Positions 10,469 to 21,042 of a stretch of DNA of 64,000 bases are shown here, in pieces. The notes below the pieces were generated by a model that did no database searches, was not told where the DNA came from, and saw nothing but the letters and a program-made list of their open reading frames with translations. The stretch's first letter is position 1. Each line of letters starts with the position of its first letter. Source of the DNA: Candidatus Heimdallarchaeota archaeon (lineage in GTDB: Archaea; Asgardarchaeota; Heimdallarchaeia; JABLTI01); contig JAHLVW010000066.1 of the NCBI GenBank assembly GCA_019058275.1, forward strand, positions 1 to 64,000, given 5' to 3'. A program made the translations under genes and the position numbers.

Positions 10469-10855
10469 ATGAATCGAAATAAAGATTGGTTACAATACTC
10501 AGAAGAGCTAATTGAAATAGCAGATATTCTAATGGATAAAGGTAAATTCTCTTGGTCATGCTTCACATCACATCAAGCTTCATCTGCCGCTTTGAAAGCT
10601 ATTCTATCCTTGATGGATGAATATACATTTGGTGATAATTTAATTGCTTTACTTAGAAAGATAAACGGAAAGTATACAATACCAGACGATGTGAAACAAG
10701 CTTGTCATCAAGTAAATGATTTCTTTACAAAAAGTAGGGATCTTGAAGGAAAACCAGAAGGAACTCCTCTAAATAATTTTACAATTACAGATGCAAATCA
10801 AGCAAAAGCAAGTGCATTAGCACTTATTAGGTTTGCACATCACAATTCCCATTAA
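10469..10855 (+). CDS. HEPN domain protein, divergent
   Basis: DWL...WSCFTSHQA...ALKAIL pattern; usual C-terminal RY motif degenerate (SRDLE). Confidence 0.7.
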   Translation: MNRNKDWLQYSEELIEIADILMDKGKFSWSCFTSHQASSAALKAILSLMDEYTFGDNLIALLRKINGKYTIPDDVKQACHQVNDFFTKSRDLEGKPEGTPLNNFTITDANQAKASALALIRFAHHNSH

Positions 10856-10956
10856 ATTTAATGTATTTTAAATTGTATAATTGTTTAATTTTAAATAGTA
10901 AATTACCTTAAATACTCTATATAGTCAGCTGTATTTAACTAAAGGAAATTTCAAAA

Positions 10957-12402
10957 ATGGCTCTCAACCCTTATGCCACTGATGCAATTGAATATGCATT
11001 GAAATTAGATGCTGATTATGTTGATATACGAGTTGAGAATGAATTTGCTAATTTTATAGGTTTGAGAAACAATGAGATTTGTGGTGTAAATACTAATTTA
11101 CAAGAAAGTATCGGTATTCGAGTTTTATACAAAAATTGTTGGGGATTTGCATCAATTTCCTCCTTAGATAATTCATCAATAATGCGAACAACTCAGAATG
11201 CAGTTAAGATTGCTAAGAAAACTGCAAAAAAATCAGATAAAAAGAAAATAAATTTAGCTGAAATCTCAAGTAGGAAAACAAGTGTTTCAGATAGTTGTAA
11301 AAAACATCCACAATACCTTGAGCAAAAAGATCGAATCGATTTATTAAACTGGTTAAATTCGAGAATAAACTCTCGAGTGAATATTGTAAAGGTATTAGAT
11401 TTAAAATTAATTGAAAATCATACACAGAAATTATTCATGAATTCTGAAGGTTCAGAAATAGAACAAATCCTAATCAGAGCTAGCTTGTTTCTCGGATGTT
11501 CTTTAGGTGGATCAAGTAATTTTCAAAGAGTAAGATCAGTTGGTTTTGGGGGTGTAGGAGGGATTGAGCAGTTTGAACAATACTCCTTTGAGGAGTTTCT
11601 TGATAACTTCATATCAACATTGCCTGAAATTGCACAAGCCAAATTAGTAAAACCAAAAGAGCAACCAATTATTTTAAACGAAGAAATGGGTTGGAATCTT
11701 TGCCATGAATTTTGTCATGCAGTTGAATCTGATTTAATAATAAGTGGGCAATCACCTTTAGATACACGAATTGGAAGTAAAATAGGTTCAGAGGAAGTTA
11801 CAATCATTGATGATGCTAGCTTTAAAGGTTACGGAGAGTATTATTTTGATGACGAAGGTGTAAAAGCATCTGGTACATTGATTATTGAAGATGGTATCTT
11901 ATTTGATGTATTGCAAAGCAGGGAAACAGCTGCAGAGATGAATGCCATACCAACTAGCAATGGTAGAGCTGAAAGCAGTCTTTACTACCCTCAAGTTAGG
12001 CAAAGCAATACTTTCTTTGAACCTGGTAATTACAAATTTGAAGAGCTTATAGAAGGAGCTAAAAATGGTCTCTATATCTGTGATACATTCGGTGGAACTG
12101 CTGATACCGTCCATGGGAATTTCCAACTAGATGCACAGTATGGACGGAAAATCGAGAAGGGAGAACTTGGAGATTATGTGACAGGATTTTCAATTATTGG
12201 TAATCTCTACACAATATTAGGTGATGTTAATGGTATGACTAAGGATCTTGGTAGCTTTCCATCATATTGTGGAAAACAGGGTCAAAGAGTTAGTGTAGGT
12301 GCAATATCTCCAAAAGTAAGTTTGAAAAGTGTAGCAGTAATATCGAATATTGCTCAGAGGCAAATAAGAAAAATAGACTTTACAAGGGTGAGGGAAACAT
12401 AA
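10957..12402 (+). CDS. tldD: TldD-family metalloprotease
   Basis: HEFCHAVE, FDDEGV, SNGRA, C-terminal CGKQGQ. Confidence 0.88.
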   Translation: MALNPYATDAIEYALKLDADYVDIRVENEFANFIGLRNNEICGVNTNLQESIGIRVLYKNCWGFASISSLDNSSIMRTTQNAVKIAKKTAKKSDKKKINLAEISSRKTSVSDSCKKHPQYLEQKDRIDLLNWLNSRINSRVNIVKVLDLKLIENHTQKLFMNSEGSEIEQILIRASLFLGCSLGGSSNFQRVRSVGFGGVGGIEQFEQYSFEEFLDNFISTLPEIAQAKLVKPKEQPIILNEEMGWNLCHEFCHAVESDLIISGQSPLDTRIGSKIGSEEVTIIDDASFKGYGEYYFDDEGVKASGTLIIEDGILFDVLQSRETAAEMNAIPTSNGRAESSLYYPQVRQSNTFFEPGNYKFEELIEGAKNGLYICDTFGGTADTVHGNFQLDAQYGRKIEKGELGDYVTGFSIIGNLYTILGDVNGMTKDLGSFPSYCGKQGQRVSVGAISPKVSLKSVAVISNIAQRQIRKIDFTRVRET

Positions 12403-13766
12403 TGATCGAAGTTTTAGCAGACGAAGCTATTAGAAAAGCAGAATCAATAAACATAGATGCTATTGAAGTCTTTATTCAGAAAAAGAATTTGAAAAAAGTA
12501 GAGATAGTTGATGGTGGTATTAAAAATATTATAGAAAAGGAACGTTCTGGTCTTGCCATACGTTCAATTATTAATAATCAACTAAGTTTTGTTTCAACTA
12601 ATGCTATCAATAAAGTAAATGATGTTGTAGAATTGTCTGCACAAAATGCTAAAGAATCGTTACAAAAAATATCTACAAGTTTTGTTGATAGGAAAATTGT
12701 TACCCCTGTTAAAGATATCAGAGATGATAGGTTGCGGGACATTTCTCTTGAAGACGTCTCTGAAGGTCTTCTTGATATTCTAAGTTCTATTGAAGAATCA
12801 AAACCTTTGAAAAAATTAGAAGGAACTGTTACTTTTGAAACAGAAGAGCGTTTAGTAGCAAATTCTGAAGGTCTTTGGAAACGTGAAGTTGGAACAAGAA
12901 TGAATGCTGAGATAATGACCTCTATTCAAGTAGGTGATTTCATAGGCGTCGGTTCTAGTCAGTTTACTTCCAGAACTATGAATGAAAATTGGCAAGAATT
13001 ATTTAATTCATCAATTAAAACTGCTTATTCTCAACAAAACCGAAAGAAAATGACGATTGGCAGACCTAGAGGAATCATCCTTAGTCCTCAAGCTGCTGCA
13101 AAAATTATCACTTTTGCATTAATTCCCTCATTCAATCACTCAAGTGGTAGCCAACATTATGATTCCTTAAGAAATTGTCGATTTAACAAAAACTTGCAGA
13201 TGGTTGATGATCCTACATATCCAGGTGCTCAAAACACCTTTGGTTTTGATGATGAGGGATATCCAAGCAAACCACGTCTAGTACTTAGTGGTGGTAAATG
13301 TAAACGATTTCTTGGAATGAATTTCTCTTGTCCTGTAGATAATCAGAAAGAATATTACAGAGGAAATTGCTATCGAGTTGCATACTTCAATCGAGATGTC
13401 AGAAGTTACGTGAATCCACCAACTGTATCTTCCTCAAATTTCGTTATTAAAGCTAGGAAACAAGCTTCTGATGATCTAGTAAAAGAATTAAGCAATGGAA
13501 TTTATGTTAAAGAAATAACTGGTGCTCAAGATGCAAGCTACTTCTCTGGAGATTTTGTTGTATCAGTTGTAGAAGCATATGAGATAAATAATGGGGAAAT
13601 TATCAATCCAATTTTACCATGCTATTGTTCAGGGAATATTTACAAAATTTTAGAAGATTCATCTTTAGCCTTAGGGAATAATCTTACAGAAGTAACCATC
13701 ACTGCAACTCCCTTGAATGTTATAATGCCTGATATACTTACATCTAGAATGACAATATCAATCTGA
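12402..13766 (+). CDS. TldE/PmbA-family partner
   Basis: GLAIR, NSEG, FDDEG, SGDF; overlaps tldD stop; lacks HExxH. Confidence 0.82.
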   Translation: MIEVLADEAIRKAESINIDAIEVFIQKKNLKKVEIVDGGIKNIIEKERSGLAIRSIINNQLSFVSTNAINKVNDVVELSAQNAKESLQKISTSFVDRKIVTPVKDIRDDRLRDISLEDVSEGLLDILSSIEESKPLKKLEGTVTFETEERLVANSEGLWKREVGTRMNAEIMTSIQVGDFIGVGSSQFTSRTMNENWQELFNSSIKTAYSQQNRKKMTIGRPRGIILSPQAAAKIITFALIPSFNHSSGSQHYDSLRNCRFNKNLQMVDDPTYPGAQNTFGFDDEGYPSKPRLVLSGGKCKRFLGMNFSCPVDNQKEYYRGNCYRVAYFNRDVRSYVNPPTVSSSNFVIKARKQASDDLVKELSNGIYVKEITGAQDASYFSGDFVVSVVEAYEINNGEIINPILPCYCSGNIYKILEDSSLALGNNLTEVTITATPLNVIMPDILTSRMTISI

Positions 13767-13799
13767 AATAAAAAAAGAATAAAAATGGAATGAACTAAC

Positions 13800-14453
13800 T
13801 CATTCCTTCTTCTCTGCTTTGTCAGAAACTCCTTTGGTTGTTGTTGTCGGTTTCTTACGAACTCTTTTGACAACTTTCTTTGTTCCGTCAGGAGTTGCTG
13901 GTTTTTCAGGTTCTGGTTCTTTCTCTCCAAGAGAATCAGCAAGGTCTTCTTCGAGTTTTTCTAAAGTGTCTTCAGGAGTTTCTTCATCAGCTGTTATTGC
14001 TCCATCTTCTAAAGCTTCTAATTCAGATAATTCATCATCTGTTAACTCTTCTGCTACAGTTTCCTCTTCTAATTCTTCTGCTTCTCTCTTAGCTAATTCT
14101 TCTTGAATTCTCTTCTTCTCTGCTTCAATTTCCTTAGCTTTTGCAGCATCTTGAACCATTTCTTCTTCTTTTCTCTTCTTGGCTTCTTTTCTAGCTTTTG
14201 CATTCTCTCTTTTTGCTTTTGCTTTAATCTTCTCTTGATCAGCTAGGAATTTAGTATAATCTAGTTTGAATTTCTTTAGCGTTTCAACATTCTCAGGATG
14301 TTTTGATTTTCTTCTTTCATCTATAATGAGTCCTGCTTCTCTAGCTTCTTTCACACTTAATTTAACAACAACAAGTTCATTCTTGCTGAAACCTCTACCT
14401 TTCCTCGGTAGCTTCATTCCAGGACTATCAACACTAACAATTGGTTTCATCAT
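13800..14453 (-). CDS. rpl13e: Ribosomal protein L13e with long charged and acidic C-terminal extension
   Basis: RKGRGFSxxEL, IDERRKSKHPENVETL; GAGGT RBS upstream of ATG 14453. Confidence 0.88.
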   Translation of the reverse strand: MMKPIVSVDSPGMKLPRKGRGFSKNELVVVKLSVKEAREAGLIIDERRKSKHPENVETLKKFKLDYTKFLADQEKIKAKAKRENAKARKEAKKRKEEEMVQDAAKAKEIEAEKKRIQEELAKREAEELEEETVAEELTDDELSELEALEDGAITADEETPEDTLEKLEEDLADSLGEKEPEPEKPATPDGTKKVVKRVRKKPTTTTKGVSDKAEKKE

Positions 14454-14554
14454 TTCTTTTACCTCAATAATGGTTATTATGTTGTATGGTAGCAAAAATA
14501 GTTGCCTTTTATTCTTTTCCGTTGATATCTAAATTATTAATCTAAGGTTATAGT

Positions 14555-15076
14555 TTATACATCTATTTTGGCTAATTCAGTTTCAATTTTTTCTTCAAAT
14601 TCAACCTTATCTTCATCTACTTTCCCATAAACTAGTTTGCTTTTGAAAATAGCTAGAATAAGATAAGTTATAGCTAAACCAGTTGTTACACCTAATCCAA
14701 TAGAACTTGAATCAATGAATGCCCAACTAGCTACTTCTTTATCTGCTATGCTAAACCTCAATATCAATGAAATAATCAGTGAAAGAATAAGTGAAATAGC
14801 TGTTACACCTAACAAGAGATTTCTTCTAACACCTGGTTTTTTATTATAAACAAGAACAAGTATGCCAAAGGTTACTACTATTCCTGCACCTACACCAATG
14901 CCCATATACATTAGTACTTCAAGCGAAGCATCTGCACCAAAAATTTGCCAAATAATTACAATGAACAATGCACACATGGCAATTAAACATAACATCAATA
15001 CTATAGACATAAATCGTGATTCAAACAGTGATTCCGATTTTGACTCTTCTTCATTTGACATGAGTTGCTTCTCCAT
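14555..15076 (-). CDS. Hypothetical membrane protein, 4 TM
   Basis: Four hydrophobic segments. Confidence 0.6.
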   Translation of the reverse strand: MEKQLMSNEEESKSESLFESRFMSIVLMLCLIAMCALFIVIIWQIFGADASLEVLMYMGIGVGAGIVVTFGILVLVYNKKPGVRRNLLLGVTAISLILSLIISLILRFSIADKEVASWAFIDSSSIGLGVTTGLAITYLILAIFKSKLVYGKVDEDKVEFEEKIETELAKIDV

Positions 15077-15177
15077 TTAGATTGCACTTGGATTATTTAC
15101 TATCTCTTTAAAATTCTTCTTACTTTTAACTGAATTCTTCTAAAAAAATTGATAAAGCTAAATCAATTCCAAATAAT

Positions 15178-16440
15178 ATGTCTTTGGTGTTAATTATGGA
15201 TCAAAAATCAGATAACACCTCAAAAGGTATTGGTGTTAAAAAAACAGAAAGAAAAAAGCAAAAAGATTATGGGAAGCAAATTGGTACAAAGGTTGTTCAT
15301 GCTGGAGAAAAAACCAATCCCCTAACTCACGGTATTGTTACAAATATTGATTTCTCAACAACATTTGCATATGATACTGGAAGAGAATGGGCTGATGTGT
15401 TTTATCATGGCAAACAAGGTTTCGCTTACTCGCGTCATGGAAATCCTACACGAGCAACATTCGAGGATAAAATAGCAATATTAGAAAAAGGAGAAGCAGG
15501 AATCGGTTTCAGTTCAGGAATGGCTGCAATAGCAACGACTTTTTCCACTTATTTAAGTCCAGGCGATGAAATAATTGTTACAGATCGTTGCTATCCAGGT
15601 ACAAGACATCTCTTGGATCAATATTTTAAGAAATGGGGATTCATAGTTCATTTCGTTGATTCAACAAACAACGACAATGTTTCAGATAAATTAAATAAAA
15701 ACACAAAATTGATTCATATGGAATGTCCTGCAAATCCTACACTCTCTTTATGTGATATTGAAGCAATAGGTAAAATGGCAAAGGAGATAGGTGCTAAATA
15801 TATGTTTGATAATACTTTCGCAAGTCCCATAAACCAAACACCAATTGATTTTGGCGTTAATGTTGTTGTTCATAGTGTTACAAAATATCTTAGTGGTCAT
15901 AGTGATGTCTTAGGTGGCGCATCAGTCTCGTCTAATGCTGATCGTGAAGAAATTATGAATACTGCAGTTTATTTCGGAGGGGTAATGCCACCTTTTGATG
16001 CATGGTTGTCAATCCGAGGTATAAAAACTCTAGAGTTGCGTGTGAAACGACATAATGAAAATGCACAAGCAATTGCTGAATTTCTAGAAGAACATCCGAA
16101 AATTCGAGAAGTTTATTATCCAGGTCTAAAGAGTCACCCACAACATGAATTAGCTAAAAAACAAATGAAAGGTTTTGGTGGTATGGTCAGCTTCTGTGTG
16201 GGAAAGAGCGACGATGATGGTGAAACATTTCTCAATTCTCTTAAAATAATCAAAAAAGCTACTAGTTTGGGGAGCACCTGTTCTTTAGCTCAAGCATCAG
16301 GTAGTATGATTTACTTAGAATTTACCGAGGAAGAAAAGAGAGCAATTGGTATCAATCCAGGATTTATTCGATTCTCTACTGGAATTGAGGATAAGAATGA
16401 TATTATAGAGGATTTAGATCAAGCTCTAAAGAAAATCTGA
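15178..16440 (+). CDS. PLP-dependent trans-sulfuration enzyme (methionine gamma-lyase / cystathionine gamma-synthase family)
   Basis: YSRHGNPT, FSSGMAAI, DNTFASP, HSVTKYLSGHSD, TSLG. Confidence 0.9.
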   Translation: MSLVLIMDQKSDNTSKGIGVKKTERKKQKDYGKQIGTKVVHAGEKTNPLTHGIVTNIDFSTTFAYDTGREWADVFYHGKQGFAYSRHGNPTRATFEDKIAILEKGEAGIGFSSGMAAIATTFSTYLSPGDEIIVTDRCYPGTRHLLDQYFKKWGFIVHFVDSTNNDNVSDKLNKNTKLIHMECPANPTLSLCDIEAIGKMAKEIGAKYMFDNTFASPINQTPIDFGVNVVVHSVTKYLSGHSDVLGGASVSSNADREEIMNTAVYFGGVMPPFDAWLSIRGIKTLELRVKRHNENAQAIAEFLEEHPKIREVYYPGLKSHPQHELAKKQMKGFGGMVSFCVGKSDDDGETFLNSLKIIKKATSLGSTCSLAQASGSMIYLEFTEEEKRAIGINPGFIRFSTGIEDKNDIIEDLDQALKKI

Positions 16441-16447
16441 AAAAGCA

Positions 16448-17674
16448 CTAGTTAGTATTCTTACTTATGATTTCTTCTGCTAAGCTGCACACTTTATCAT
16501 ACCCTTTAGCTTGGTTACGTGTTGGCAAAACTATACTACAAAATGGATCAGTTCGTTCAAGAATTACTTTAAAATGAGTTCGATCAACAATCCATTTATT
16601 TCTGGGGTAATACTTAACTTGGAAATTTTCTTCGTGATCAGAAAATAGTATTCCTTTAACAGCATTCTTCTTATATCTTGGAATTAAAGGTAAATCGTGT
16701 GTTATACCATTAAAAGCATCTAAATGAAGCTGCACAACATTGTATCCAGTTGCATATTGCACACATTCTATACTGCCCTGGAATCTAGGATTAATTTCCA
16801 TAAAATAGAGTTTTTCATCTTTTATTACAAAATCAATTCCATTTGAACCTTTTAATTCAAGAGATCGGAATAATCCTCTAATTTGTTCTATGTGAGTTTT
16901 AAGCAATGTTGGTGTGGAAAGGTAGTTTTCATAATGGAGAGGAACAATATTTCCTGCATATGCAAAATCACTTGGGGCACCTAGTTTTTTTTCTCCGATA
17001 AGTTGTCTGTTAATTGATAAGATTTGCACAGTATCCTTATGGCAAATAACTGAAGAACTAGCATCAAGTCCAATAATATGTTCTTGTATCCATACACCTT
17101 CATCAAATTCATTTTCTCGTTCTGAAAAATAATGTGTTAAATCCTCGAGATTATTCCATAATCTTATCCCTGCACCACCCCCACCACCACTGCCTCGAGT
17201 TACAAGAGGGAATTGACTTGTTTTTGCTATTTCAATTAACTCTGTTTTGTTCTTAACTGAAATAAGACGTGGAATAGAAAATCCTGCTTTTTCCGCAATG
17301 TCATTTATTTTCTTCTTATTTCTAATTAAAGCAAATTTATCTATATCATTGACATACACTTTAGGACCTATATCAGAAAGTTTCTTGACTAAATCTGGAT
17401 ATTGATCAAATGCTGATCCTATAATAATACCATCAAAATCTGCTTGTTCATCAGACATGATTTCAGCTAAATAGTAGAGATATTCAGCTGGTTTGCGATG
17501 TAAGGGACGATGTAGGATTTGCCCAGGTTTCTGTCTAAGAACTGAAAAGCAATTCTTTGTAAGCTTAACTAAATCCATATCACCAAAATAGTCTACAACC
17601 CCAATTGAATGACCAGCTTGAAATGCTGACTTTGCAATAGGTCTTGCATTAAAACCAATGACTAGAAGCTTCAT
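16448..17674 (-). CDS. ATP-grasp ligase, H4MPT/methanofuran-associated (Orf5-like)
   Basis: VDYFGDMDL, GGGGAG, QEHIIG, GSNGIDF, EINPRFQGS. Confidence 0.75.
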   Translation of the reverse strand: MKLLVIGFNARPIAKSAFQAGHSIGVVDYFGDMDLVKLTKNCFSVLRQKPGQILHRPLHRKPAEYLYYLAEIMSDEQADFDGIIIGSAFDQYPDLVKKLSDIGPKVYVNDIDKFALIRNKKKINDIAEKAGFSIPRLISVKNKTELIEIAKTSQFPLVTRGSGGGGGAGIRLWNNLEDLTHYFSERENEFDEGVWIQEHIIGLDASSSVICHKDTVQILSINRQLIGEKKLGAPSDFAYAGNIVPLHYENYLSTPTLLKTHIEQIRGLFRSLELKGSNGIDFVIKDEKLYFMEINPRFQGSIECVQYATGYNVVQLHLDAFNGITHDLPLIPRYKKNAVKGILFSDHEENFQVKYYPRNKWIVDRTHFKVILERTDPFCSIVLPTRNQAKGYDKVCSLAEEIISKNTN

Positions 17675-17683
17675 TGGAAATCC

Positions 17684-18322
17684 TTACTCTTTTATTTTGG
17701 ATACCTTTTCGTTGACTTTCAAGAAAATTTCTATACCTGATTTAAACAATTTGTTAAAATGAGGCATATCTCTTTCTCTAAACAATAAAAGCTGTTCCAT
17801 TAGTTGGAATTGCAACATAGCTTGTTCTGTAAACAAAATATGATACATTTCTTCATAATTTCTAACAATTTCTTGAGTTTCTTGTAATACTATACCAAGT
17901 AACTGTAGAATCCCCCTAAACTCATATACAGAATTTGACTTATTTAAATTCTTAATATGACGAGATATTTGATTAAGTTTCTGATCATAAGAACTGCGAT
18001 ATCTCAATAAAAGCACAAGTCTTCTAAAGAATTCTTCTAACATGACAATTAGCTCAATATCCATTTCAAACTTATCCATCAAAATACTGCTGAGATTACT
18101 GTAATCAACTTCTCTTGTCGAAACCAAGGAAGGTAGTGACATTGCAGTTTGATTGAGAATGTCAGTTAATGATTCTAGTGAATTCTTTGACTCCTTTAAA
18201 ATAACTGATTCTTTTCCACCCTTTTTTGTTGTAGTTTTCTTACCAGTTGATTTAGTACTTGTTTTCTTTGCATTACTAGTTTTTGTTTTTGGTTTCGTAG
18301 TTGATTTTTTACTCGCTGTCAA
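17684..18322 (-). CDS. Hypothetical helical protein with Lys/Thr/Ser-rich N-terminal tail
   Basis: Long ORF, TTG start, 9 nt from the next gene. Confidence 0.6.
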   Translation of the reverse strand: MTASKKSTTKPKTKTSNAKKTSTKSTGKKTTTKKGGKESVILKESKNSLESLTDILNQTAMSLPSLVSTREVDYSNLSSILMDKFEMDIELIVMLEEFFRRLVLLLRYRSSYDQKLNQISRHIKNLNKSNSVYEFRGILQLLGIVLQETQEIVRNYEEMYHILFTEQAMLQFQLMEQLLLFRERDMPHFNKLFKSGIEIFLKVNEKVSKIKE

Positions 18323-18488
18323 ATAGTTGACCTGCCTTGAAGATTTTGATTCAACTATATAAACTACTTAAATTGTTATGTTTTATATTACATCCTAATA
18401 CTTGTATACTATCAATTAAATCCTTAGGAATAACCATAAAAGCTTAAAATCCTTTGTTGTTTAACGAGAAATCTTTGTGATGTTTTCC

Positions 18489-19691
18489 ATGAAACTTACA
18501 AATTATCTTGATCTAATATCTGAGCATAATCAATATCGTCGCGAATCTATAAATCTCATTGCAAGTGAAAATTATTCTTCTCCATTAGTAAGAGCAATAT
18601 TATCAACTGATCTTGGAAATAGATATTCTGCTGATTATTATGGTGGTACTGGTTTTATTCAGAAGATCATAAGCAAGACTGAAAGCTATGTAAGAGAACT
18701 ATTTGACGTTGATTATGCAATAGTTTCCCCTCTGTCAGGTAACTTATGTGATCTAGCACTAATTTTTGGTTTAACAAAATCAAACAATAAAATTATGGTT
18801 GTCGAAGCAGGTGAATCTGGAGGTTATCCTTTAGATATAGAATTCTTCGGTAGAAAGAAAGTTGCCTTCCAGTTTTCTCTCAAAGATATGAACCTATTGA
18901 TCAATGAAAACATTGAAGCAATCAAAAAGCTAAAACCTAAATTAGTTATTTTCGGATCCTCATTTATTCCTTTTCCTCAACCAGTTCAAGAGATTACAAA
19001 GGAATTTGAGAAGAGAAAAACAATACATTTCACTTACGATGGTTCTCATGTCTTAGGATTAATAGCTGGCAAGAGATTTCAAGACCCCTTAAGAGAAGGT
19101 GCACTCGTATTAGTTGGATCTACTCACAAATCTTTTCCAGGTCCACAAGGAGGAATTGTTTTAACAAATGACATGACAAGGTTCGAGCTTTTATCTTCAA
19201 CTCTGGATTTAGATATTGAAAGAGGAATAAGACTAATAGATAATAATCACCCACATCACATTGCTGCTTTGGGGGTAGCAGCATTAGAGATGATTGAATT
19301 TGGGGAAGATTATGCCCGCCAAATCATAAATAATTCTAAAGCCTTAGCTAGAGTTTTAGCAAAAAATAATGTTCCAGTGAAATTTGAGCACCAGGATTTT
19401 ACGGAAAGTCACCAAGTAATTATTGAGGTATCCAGCTTTGAAGAAGCATCAAGAATTAAAGATCGTGCTGAAAAATATGGCTTATTAATAGACTCTGGAA
19501 TTCGTTTAGGTACTTCTGAAATAACACGTATGGGTATGCGTGAATTAGAAGCAAAAGAACTTGGTGAGATATTTACTCGAATTTATCACAATGACGTTTC
19601 AGAAGATCTTTCGAGAAGAATCAAAGATTTAGCCAGGATTTTCAACAAACCAACTTTCTGTTTTAAAAATTCTGATGAAATTTTACTCTAA
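18489..19691 (+). CDS. glyA: Serine hydroxymethyltransferase
   Basis: INLIASEN, YDGSHVLGLIAG, GSTHKSFPGPQGG, GIRLGT. Confidence 0.92.
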   Translation: MKLTNYLDLISEHNQYRRESINLIASENYSSPLVRAILSTDLGNRYSADYYGGTGFIQKIISKTESYVRELFDVDYAIVSPLSGNLCDLALIFGLTKSNNKIMVVEAGESGGYPLDIEFFGRKKVAFQFSLKDMNLLINENIEAIKKLKPKLVIFGSSFIPFPQPVQEITKEFEKRKTIHFTYDGSHVLGLIAGKRFQDPLREGALVLVGSTHKSFPGPQGGIVLTNDMTRFELLSSTLDLDIERGIRLIDNNHPHHIAALGVAALEMIEFGEDYARQIINNSKALARVLAKNNVPVKFEHQDFTESHQVIIEVSSFEEASRIKDRAEKYGLLIDSGIRLGTSEITRMGMRELEAKELGEIFTRIYHNDVSEDLSRRIKDLARIFNKPTFCFKNSDEILL

Positions 19692-19799
19692 ACAACAGAA
19701 TCTAGAGGGGTAAAAAGTAAATATAAGAAACAAACAAATATGAGATTAACATTATAACATTTGATAACGGAGTTCAGTGCAACATTAGGAGGACCATTT

Positions 19800-20651
19800 A
19801 TGATACGAGAACCAGCAGTTGCAGGGATGTTTTATCCAGGTAACAAAGCTAAATTAAGTGAAATGATTGAGAGATGTTTTTCTGATGGGGATATTGGTCC
19901 CGGAGAATTACCTGATATTGAAAATGTTCCTGAAAGGCAGGGTAAAATTTTTGGGTTAATTGTTCCACATGCAGGTTATGTTTATTCAGGTCCTGTTGCC
20001 GCTCATGCTTATTTAGAACAATTCAAAGATGGGAAACCTGAGTTCTTTGTGATTATAGGACCTAATCATCGAAATATTGGACCAGGGATAAGTGTTTATG
20101 CAGAAGGTACATGGAAAACACCTTTGGGAGAAGCTACTATACCTGAAAATATAACGGAGCTTATTGTAAAACAACCACATTTTAGGGCTGATACCTCTGC
20201 TCATATGATGGAGCATAGCATTGAAGTACAAGTTCCATTTCTTCAGTATTTGTATGGTGATGATGTACCTATTATTCCAATTTGCCTAAAAGATCAATCC
20301 AAAGAAGTTGCTGAGCGTGTTGGAACTGTTCTTAATAAAGTTCTAGCAAATCATGACTATTGCTTAATTGCTAGTTCTGATTTAACACATTATGAAAGTC
20401 AAGCAAGTGCAATGTCAAAAGACTCTCACGTCATTGATTGTATTCGAGAGATGAATGCTAGTAAATTACTGGATACTGTAGTTGAGAATCAAATTTCTAT
20501 GTGTGGTCCTGGATCTGTTGCTTCTGTAATTACTGCCGCTCAAAAGAATAACATAAAAACATCAAAGACCTTGAAGTACGCAACGAGTGGTGACGTATCA
20601 GGAGATAAGAACCAAGTTGTGGCTTATCTTTCAGCTATTTTAATGAAATAA
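19800..20651 (+). CDS. MEMO1-family protein (AmmeMemoRadiSam B)
   Basis: REPAVAGMFYP, PHAGYVYSG, EHSIEVQ, SSDLTHY, MCGPG. Confidence 0.92.
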   Translation: MIREPAVAGMFYPGNKAKLSEMIERCFSDGDIGPGELPDIENVPERQGKIFGLIVPHAGYVYSGPVAAHAYLEQFKDGKPEFFVIIGPNHRNIGPGISVYAEGTWKTPLGEATIPENITELIVKQPHFRADTSAHMMEHSIEVQVPFLQYLYGDDVPIIPICLKDQSKEVAERVGTVLNKVLANHDYCLIASSDLTHYESQASAMSKDSHVIDCIREMNASKLLDTVVENQISMCGPGSVASVITAAQKNNIKTSKTLKYATSGDVSGDKNQVVAYLSAILMK

Positions 20652-20676
20652 AATTGCAATCGATGTGAAATACCAA

Positions 20677-21042
20677 TTAGCTTTCTATTTTTTCTTCAAC
20701 TATTTCTTGGATAAATCTATCTCTTTCTACTTTAGACAGCTTTCTGTCCAAATAGATCCAATTCTTTGATCTCCAACCGCAATCTAAGCAACGACAAACA
20801 GGATAGCTATTACTTATACCCATGCTTGACAAAAAATCTTCTACTATAATTCGTAAGCTAAAACATCGTGGGCAGATTCTAATGTCAGGTCCACCTTTTT
20901 GATTAGCTTTGTTTAACTCATCAATTAGTAGGTCAATTTTGACAATATTTTGTTCTATGGTTTTATCAGCTTCCTCTTCCTCGATTTCTTCTACTACTTC
21001 AGCTTTTGACTCACTTTTATCTTTGCTTTCTTCTTCGGTCAA
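20677..21042 (-). CDS. Small zinc-ribbon protein with acidic N-terminus
   Basis: CPRC...CLDCGW. Confidence 0.6.
   Translation of the reverse strand: MTEEESKDKSESKAEVVEEIEEEEADKTIEQNIVKIDLLIDELNKANQKGGPDIRICPRCFSLRIIVEDFLSSMGISNSYPVCRCLDCGWRSKNWIYLDRKLSKVERDRFIQEIVEEKIES

Noticed and set aside
10469-10855. HEPN-MNT toxin-antitoxin system
   Set aside because: No nucleotidyltransferase gene is adjacent.
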